Source of the DNA: Anaeramoeba ignava BMAN
Taxonomy: Eukaryota > Protista > Anaeramoebae
Assembly: GCA_028826165.1 (NCBI GenBank)
Contig: JAPDFW010000057.1
Location: 496,001-560,000, forward strand
Reading direction: 5' to 3'
Length of the DNA stretch: 64,000 nt
Under the pieces are notes generated by a model. It saw only the letters and a list, made by a program, of their open reading frames with translations. It was not told the DNA's origin and ran no database searches. Position 1 is the first letter of the stretch, and every line of letters begins with the position of its first letter. Position numbers and translations under genes: made by a program. Below, piece by piece: positions 57,203-64,000 of this stretch.

Positions 57203-60200
57203 TTAAATTGGATTTGCTACTATAAATTTAAATTGATTGGTATTGATTTTATGGATTATTCTTTGGAAATTTCCACCTCCTTTATAAAAAAATGATACAA
57301 TATTTGTAATATTTTCCAATAACAATAAAGAATTTGAAAGAAATTTTGTGAAATTTAATTTTGATATTTTGAATACTTGCAAAATTTGTTTTGAATTCTG
57401 ATTGAAAAAATCCTCATCCAAAGAGGATCTTTTTTGGGAATAAAACTCTGAATTGATTTGGGATAGTATCTTTTCAACTTGCTGAATATTTTCTGCTAAT
57501 GTTGGCTTATCTTCTTGGGATTTGATTTTTGATCCAAAAATTTGCTTTTCATTCTTTTCCTTTTCATTTTGTGTATTTAACAAATAAAGATCGTAGTTTG
57601 CAAAGAAGAGCTGAAGAATTGAGCAACAAAGCAAGAAAATTTGTGGGATTTTGTAGTTGATTGATGGATTGTTTACTTTGAAACACAAGCTTGAATCATT
57701 GAGGATTTTTCGGAAAATAAAAGATGATTTTTGGATTTTGTTTTGGGTTTCTATAAAAATGGAAAATGCAACACGATGAGGCAATCCTGGCAAATGATAC
57801 ATCTGCAAAATGTTGTTTAGATACAAATCCATGAGAAGAAGAATGGAGTATTCATTCCCAAAATTCAGCGGTGTTTTTGATAAAACTTTGAATACCCATT
57901 TGTTGATTTGCAAGAAATAATCAAAAGCAACTTCTCCCTTTTCGTTTCTTGCAGAATTGAGTTTTTTAACATACTGGAAAAAATATCAAATTCATTGCTC
58001 CAAAATACTCAATATTTTGTTTGAGTGGTTCCTTATCAAGTTCTAAATCTTGATACTCATGCAAATTCTCTATTATGTTTTTTTCTCGAGAAAGAAAGGA
58101 ACACATTGTTTTTTCCAAAACAAGAATAAGTACTTTTGGGGAATCAATCACATCAATCAAATATTTCATGAATTCATATAAAAAATCACTCTCATCTGCG
58201 AATTTAATTGTGAATATTATAAAGTTATTGCGTAAAACTCCTTGCGAATAATTCATTAGCAACAAACATTGTTTAAAAAGTTCTCTTGTTCGTTTTTTCT
58301 GGATAATATCATCCCTATTAAACATAGAAAGCAATTTCCGATAAAGAAATATTTTAAATCGCCAAGAAAGATTGAAATATTCACTATTTATTCTTCTTGT
58401 TTCAGAGATTTTCATTTTTTCTTTCTGGTTTATGTTTTCGTTTTTTGAATCAAATAGTGCAAAATAATAGTTTAGATATTCATAATCTGCATCAATTAAA
58501 TGCATATCCTGGTTGATAAATGTTTTTTGGTTGTCTTGAACTTCAATAAGTTCAAAAAGATACTGGAAATAAACCTGAAATAAAGTTGCAAATTTATTCG
58601 GATCAATTTTATCACCATCTTTCAATTTCCCAATTCTTTCAATAACTTCAAAAAGAAATTCTATCAAAAATTCAGAATTTGTAGTTGATGTATAATATTC
58701 TAAGATGTGTTTTGATTCTTTACAATTTTGATTTTGATTTAAATTTTTAATTTGATTTTGATTTTGATTTTGATTTTGATTTTCATTTTGATTTTGATTT
58801 TGATTTTGATTTTGATTATTTTGATTTTGATTTTCAATTTCATTTTCATTTTGATTTTTAATTTCATTTTGATTTTCATTTTTAATTTCATTTTCATTTT
58901 CATTTTCATTTTCAATAATAAAAAAATCTAAATAAGATTCCATATATTCAAAGTTTTTGTTTCCAGTTGAACTTGTAATTTTGTCTTTCATTTCCTCTTT
59001 TTCTTGTAAATTATTATCATTATTATTTGATGAAAATTGTGAGAATGAATTAGATTTCTTCACCATTTCTTCGATCCAATTTTTACAGAAAATATTGATT
59101 TGAACGTAACAATTATTTGTCATTTTTTCCCATCCAAAATTATGGAGAAAATCCATTATATCATTTTTGAATCTGACCTTTTCTTCCTGATCAAATTTGC
59201 AAGTTAGATAATAAATCAATGTGAGAATAAATTCAATAATAGGGATAATAACACCCAAAAGTTTTTCATCAGTTTCAATAGAATCAAAATTTGAAATTTC
59301 TTTCCAATCCAATTCCCTCATAATTTTCCAAAAAAATAATACATTTGAGAAATTAATCATTTTAGATATTTGCTTGATAATATACGAATCCAATTTGACT
59401 TGATCAAAATGCAATAAACGAGTAAAGATGTTGAAGAACAACACTTTGACATAATTATCATCCAAATCGCAATTGAATATGATGTCAAGAATATTCTGAA
59501 TGTCTGATAAAAGGAAACTTGGATCATCCCAATTTGTCAGTTGTTTGCAATACAATATAAGAAAGTTTTGCGCATAATTTATTTGCTCTTGTTCTGGGGA
59601 AAACGGAAGAAAATGGAAATCTCCACAATTGACAATTTGGATAAATGGTTGCAAAACACCAAACAAAGGGAAAGGCTTTGATAGAAAGGACTTGAAACTT
59701 GATAAACTTTCATTGTTTTCAATTGTTTTTTTAAATAGCTTCCGATCAGAAAATATTTTGCATTGAGATATATGCGCAATAAAACCAATAATATAATCAA
59801 TATAAATGAACAAGAACTTGCATAAATTAGCATTTTCAACAGTAATTTTAGATCCATTGGCTTGCAGTTTATTCTTTGAAACGTGTTTCTCAGTTAAATC
59901 ATAACTCAATTTCGCAAATTTTTCTTCCATAAGAGATAAAGCTTGTAACAAAGAAGGATATTCAATTTGTTCCGCAATTGGAAATGATAGTAAAAATGTC
60001 CATGAAACAGGATCTATTTTTCTTGCTATCGTACTCTCCAAAATCACAGCAAAATACTCCAAGAAATAATTAGGAAAACTGTTTGAAATGAGTTGGCGCG
60101 AAAGTAATATTACATTTTCAAAAAAAGAATAATCGATAGAAGAGAGATTAATTTTGAGAGTGCGAACTAAACAGAGAATTGTTTTTCTTTCCAAATGAGC

Positions 60201-63200
60201 CATTAATTGTTTCATTTTTTCATTTTCTTCACTTATTATTATTATTTTCTTGTTTGAATCACTCAGTTCTTTAAGTTTTGAGTTAAAAAAATGGATCATT
60301 TCTGGAAGAATTCGATTAAGAAGTTGAGTAAATGTTGGATATCTGCTCATTTTTGAATCTAATAATTCCACAACCTTCTGATACAAATATAGGAAGATTT
60401 TCAGAGATTGGTTTTTGGAAAGATTCTCTATATCAATGCTTTTGTAATTTTCTTCCTCTTGTTGTTTGATATAAGCATTTTTTAAGGAATTATCAGCTAA
60501 ATTTTTTATCAAACGATGAATAAATTGTTCAATAACCAAAAAATGATTTTCAAGTGAGAAAGGGATAATTTTGCAAGTTTTCAATATCATATTTGAATAT
60601 TTTCTGTTTGTAATTAAATATTGTTTGACTTTTCTATTTTTGTGCATTTGTTGCACTGATTCAATACCAGAATCGGAATCTCCAACATTTTTTGGTAAAG
60701 CAACTTTCTGGTAATTTAATAGGAAAGGTAATGAAGCAAGGAATTTTGAATCTAAATCTTTGTACTTGCGCCAAAACACTCGGAATTTTCTTGTAAATTG
60801 AACAATCTCATTCCAGTAATTTTCAATTTTGATTAAGTTGATTTTTTCCGTGAAATTTTTGTTTTGCAGAATTAACTTCAAATTTTGAGTAATGCTGATT
60901 TGTTCACTGCTTTTTTCCTTTCTGGGCGTTTTGAGATGAAATTGTTTTGGAATTGGTTCGATAATGATATGGTTATTTTTAACTGTTTGATCCAATTCAT
61001 TTTCACTTTCTGATGAGGAAGTTTGTGAGAAATCAATATTAACAAAATTTCCAGCAAATTCTTTATTCAAATTTTTTGAGAAATCTTGTTTCTTTTTTTG
61101 CATATTGGGCGATTTTTTATTCTTATTCTTATTCTTATCCTTTTTTTCCTTGTTTTCAATATTTTTTTCAGATAAAAGACTAATATCAAAAATATATTTA
61201 AAAGCATTAGCAAATGAGATTTGTGGTTTTTTAAGAAGATCAACCCAAAGAATGAAACCCAAACTTTGCAATTTATTTTCTTGATTTGAATCACTTCCAT
61301 CATTTACACTTTGATTTCCCATATTTTCACAACTTCGATTTTGCTCTTCTTGGTGTTCATTTTCAGATTTATAAATAATTTGAGAAAAAAGAATATCACC
61401 AACAAGAATAGTAAATAATCTTGATAAAGAATATTGATCATTAAACGCGTTTTCTGATTTGATTGATTTCGAATACATTTCTGAGAGATCCTCATTAAGC
61501 CACAAAGTCATTGAGTTATATATATTAATTAAACTGGCATCGAATGAGTTTTCATCGCTTTCAAACAAGCTTTTTTGGTTGTGGTTCTTGATACTACTAT
61601 AAATTTCAGCAAGTCTTGATGCAACCACTTGCTGAAGAACGCGGTTATTTTCATATTCGAAACATTGATTCATTAAATGCTTTCCAAACATTACAGCTTT
61701 GATATTATTACTTGGCTGGTTTCCATATTCGTTATCAACAATATATTCAACAAATTGCTCGACCCAAGAAGAATCTCTTGACTCAAAAAACAGCGAGAAA
61801 AAAACTTGGAAAATAATTGGAAGTAAATCGTTTTGTGGATCAGTATTCAGAGCAAATTCAATCCACCAGAACAGATGATTCAGATGTTTCTGAATGATCT
61901 TGCCTTTGATAAACTTCGTTATTTCATTCTTCTTTTTTTTCCCAAGATCTTCGGCAATCATTGCTCTATGATTCTTCTGCATTTTCGCTTCATAAAGCAA
62001 TATCATAAATAAAAAGTAAGTGTGAGTATTCATCAATTCAATTCTCTCACTCAATGTAAATGAAGAGCGTGGAAGTAATGGTTCAAATTTTGGTAAAGTA
62101 ACCTTCTTTTTTTGCGGGCTTGATTGGGGTTGCAATGATTTGAATTTCAATTTGAAGAAGTAATGGACCAAATCTTGCATGTGGAATTGAAACGCGAATT
62201 TGAATAAATTATTCAGTGTTTTTTGGATAATTTTGTTTTGATTCCAATCTGTTTGAAATGTTAATAAACATAGCCAAAATATAAACATTTCCTCTGAATT
62301 GCAAAAAAATTCATCTTGCGCATTTTCTGAGAGAAATTTATGATATTTTTTGTTTGTTAGAATGGAATCTTGATACTCAATATTTGCTGGTTTTTTTTCT
62401 GTAACCAATTTTTCAATTTCTTCTTCTTTTATGTTGATTGAAATATTTCTATAAAGAATTTTTTCGAATTGGGATCGTTTATATCTTGTATAAACCATTA
62501 AAACTGCAAGTTCGGAAATGATTTCACTTGTTTCCTTCTTTGAAAATGGAGGAATTTGCAAATTGATATGTTTTTCCAATATCGCAAATCGGAAAACATC
62601 GAAAATTTCTGTTGAACATTTATAAATATTATTGATTGTGTTGCTTATTTTTCTATTCTTTTCATTTGGACTTAAATTTGATTCATCATAATTTAATTCA
62701 GATTTTAATTCAGATTTAGATTTAGGTTTTGATTTAGATTTTGATTTTTCGATTAATGCAATTCTTGGCATTTCTTGTACAAATATTTGAGGAATATAAT
62801 AAAATAGTAATTTGGAAAAGCAATGAGAATATCCATAAAAAGAAATGGAGTTGAACATTCTATATTTTCTTTCTTGAAAATCTTTCCTCACATGACGAGA
62901 TTCTGAGCTTCTGCTTTTCTCATTCTGTAATAGGAAATCTGAAATCAAAAGTAAAGAATATGACGCAAATGGATCAGTATTTTTTTCATTTGAAGTATGA
63001 TTAAGAAGTATTTGAAGTTGGGAATCGTTTGGATAATTAAGAGGAGGAGCGAATCTTCTTCCAAAATGTGAGAATAATTTCAATTTGAATAAAGTTCTCC
63101 AACACCAAACTCGGAATCTTTTCTTTTTAGAAATGCCAAACATCGAATGATATTTCAACCAAGTTTGTGCAAGAATAAGAACCATTTTTTGGTGGATTTT

Positions 63201-64000
63201 TGGATGAATAATTAATTTGAATAAATTCTTATTGTGAGTATTTTCATTCAACTCATAATCGTAATCATAATTATCATCATCGCCATAATCATTACTATTT
63301 AAATTATCATTGTTATTATATCGTTGATAATTCTTCATTTCGTAATAACCCCAATTAAGATTATCAATACACCATTTGGCAAGTTGGAATAAATTTGATT
63401 CAAATCCGGATAACAACCACTTTTTCAAAATCAGTAAATCATCTTCATTTGGATTCCAAAAATGGAAGGGAATCACCTTAAATATCCTTTTTTGCATGAA
63501 AAAATCAATATTTTCAATATTTTCTGCAACTTGTTGAAATATTAAACTAATCAATTGCTTATTTTTCATTGTTGAATCTTCTATGAACTGAATTAACGGA
63601 AGAAAATATAAGTTTTGGTTCTTTAAAAATGCACATATATATAATTCTTGGAATATTGTAAAAGTGATATCTTTGCTTTTTTGGAAGAGAGCAAGCTTTG
63701 ATAAGGAAGAAATAAATGATGATCCAAAAGAAGGATTTGATAATTTTTCAGAAAAATGAAATCTTTTTTCATTCTTTTCGGCTTCTTTTTGTGAAATTAT
63801 TGTTTCCTTTTCATTCAAATATTTTTTCCATTCTTGTAATGAATCAATTGTAAACAAATTTCGATTTTCAATTTGTGAATATTTTTCAATAGATTCTTTG
63901 TTGAAATATCCATAGAATATGATCCAAGCAGATTTATTAGTGAGTAAATTAAATGGAAGCTCGTTTAATAAAAAAGAAATGTAATTTTTTGATGACTGAA
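57203..64000 (-). CDS. EPG5: EPG5-like autophagosome-lysosome tether, 5' partial; one extra base at 57978-57983
   Basis: PFHFWNPNEDDL..WLL..LAKWCIDNLNWG and WIEFALNTD..LLPIIFQVFFSLF resemble conserved EPG5 blocks (from memory of the family). The frame is open to the window edge. Confidence 0.72.

Noticed and set aside
305-64000. Alternative genetic code or stop-codon readthrough
   Set aside because: All three stop codons terminate conserved genes correctly. The breaks are frame changes or introns, not in-frame stops.

Overview
This is a very AT-rich, gene-dense eukaryotic nuclear sequence using the standard code (TAA, TAG and TGA all serve as stops) with GT-AG introns. It is not prokaryotic: I see no CRISPR array, rRNA, tRNA or recognisable transposon. 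N/Q/E microsatellite tracts and TCA-type initiators suggest an anaerobic protist, possibly Anaeramoeba-like (inference only). Genes reconstructed by hand: a P-loop NTPase, a giant RNF213/mysterin-like protein, Rab7-like, gp78/AMFR-like E3, SmB, NAT10, a secreted protein, an FSH1/OVCA2 hydrolase, two SH3 coiled-coil proteins, RCL1, a TAF8/TAF3-like protein, a DOCK GEF, a VPS9 GEF, Rab6-like, TERT and a partial EPG5-like gene. Most notable observations: (1) a candidate stand-alone box C/D snoRNA with non-canonical boxes at 39331-39448 (-), predicted to guide LSU rRNA methylation near the peptidyl-transferase centre; (2) a tandem TTTTCATTTT initiator motif before essentially every start codon; (3) 15 of 33 introns end in AAG, mostly without a pyrimidine tract; (4) the RNF213-like protein has degenerate ATPase motifs and a degenerate RZ finger; (5) a 2.4-kb almost pure-AT 12-mer satellite; (6) reading-frame breaks in six genes including TERT and RCL1, most likely assembly errors but testable as recoding.
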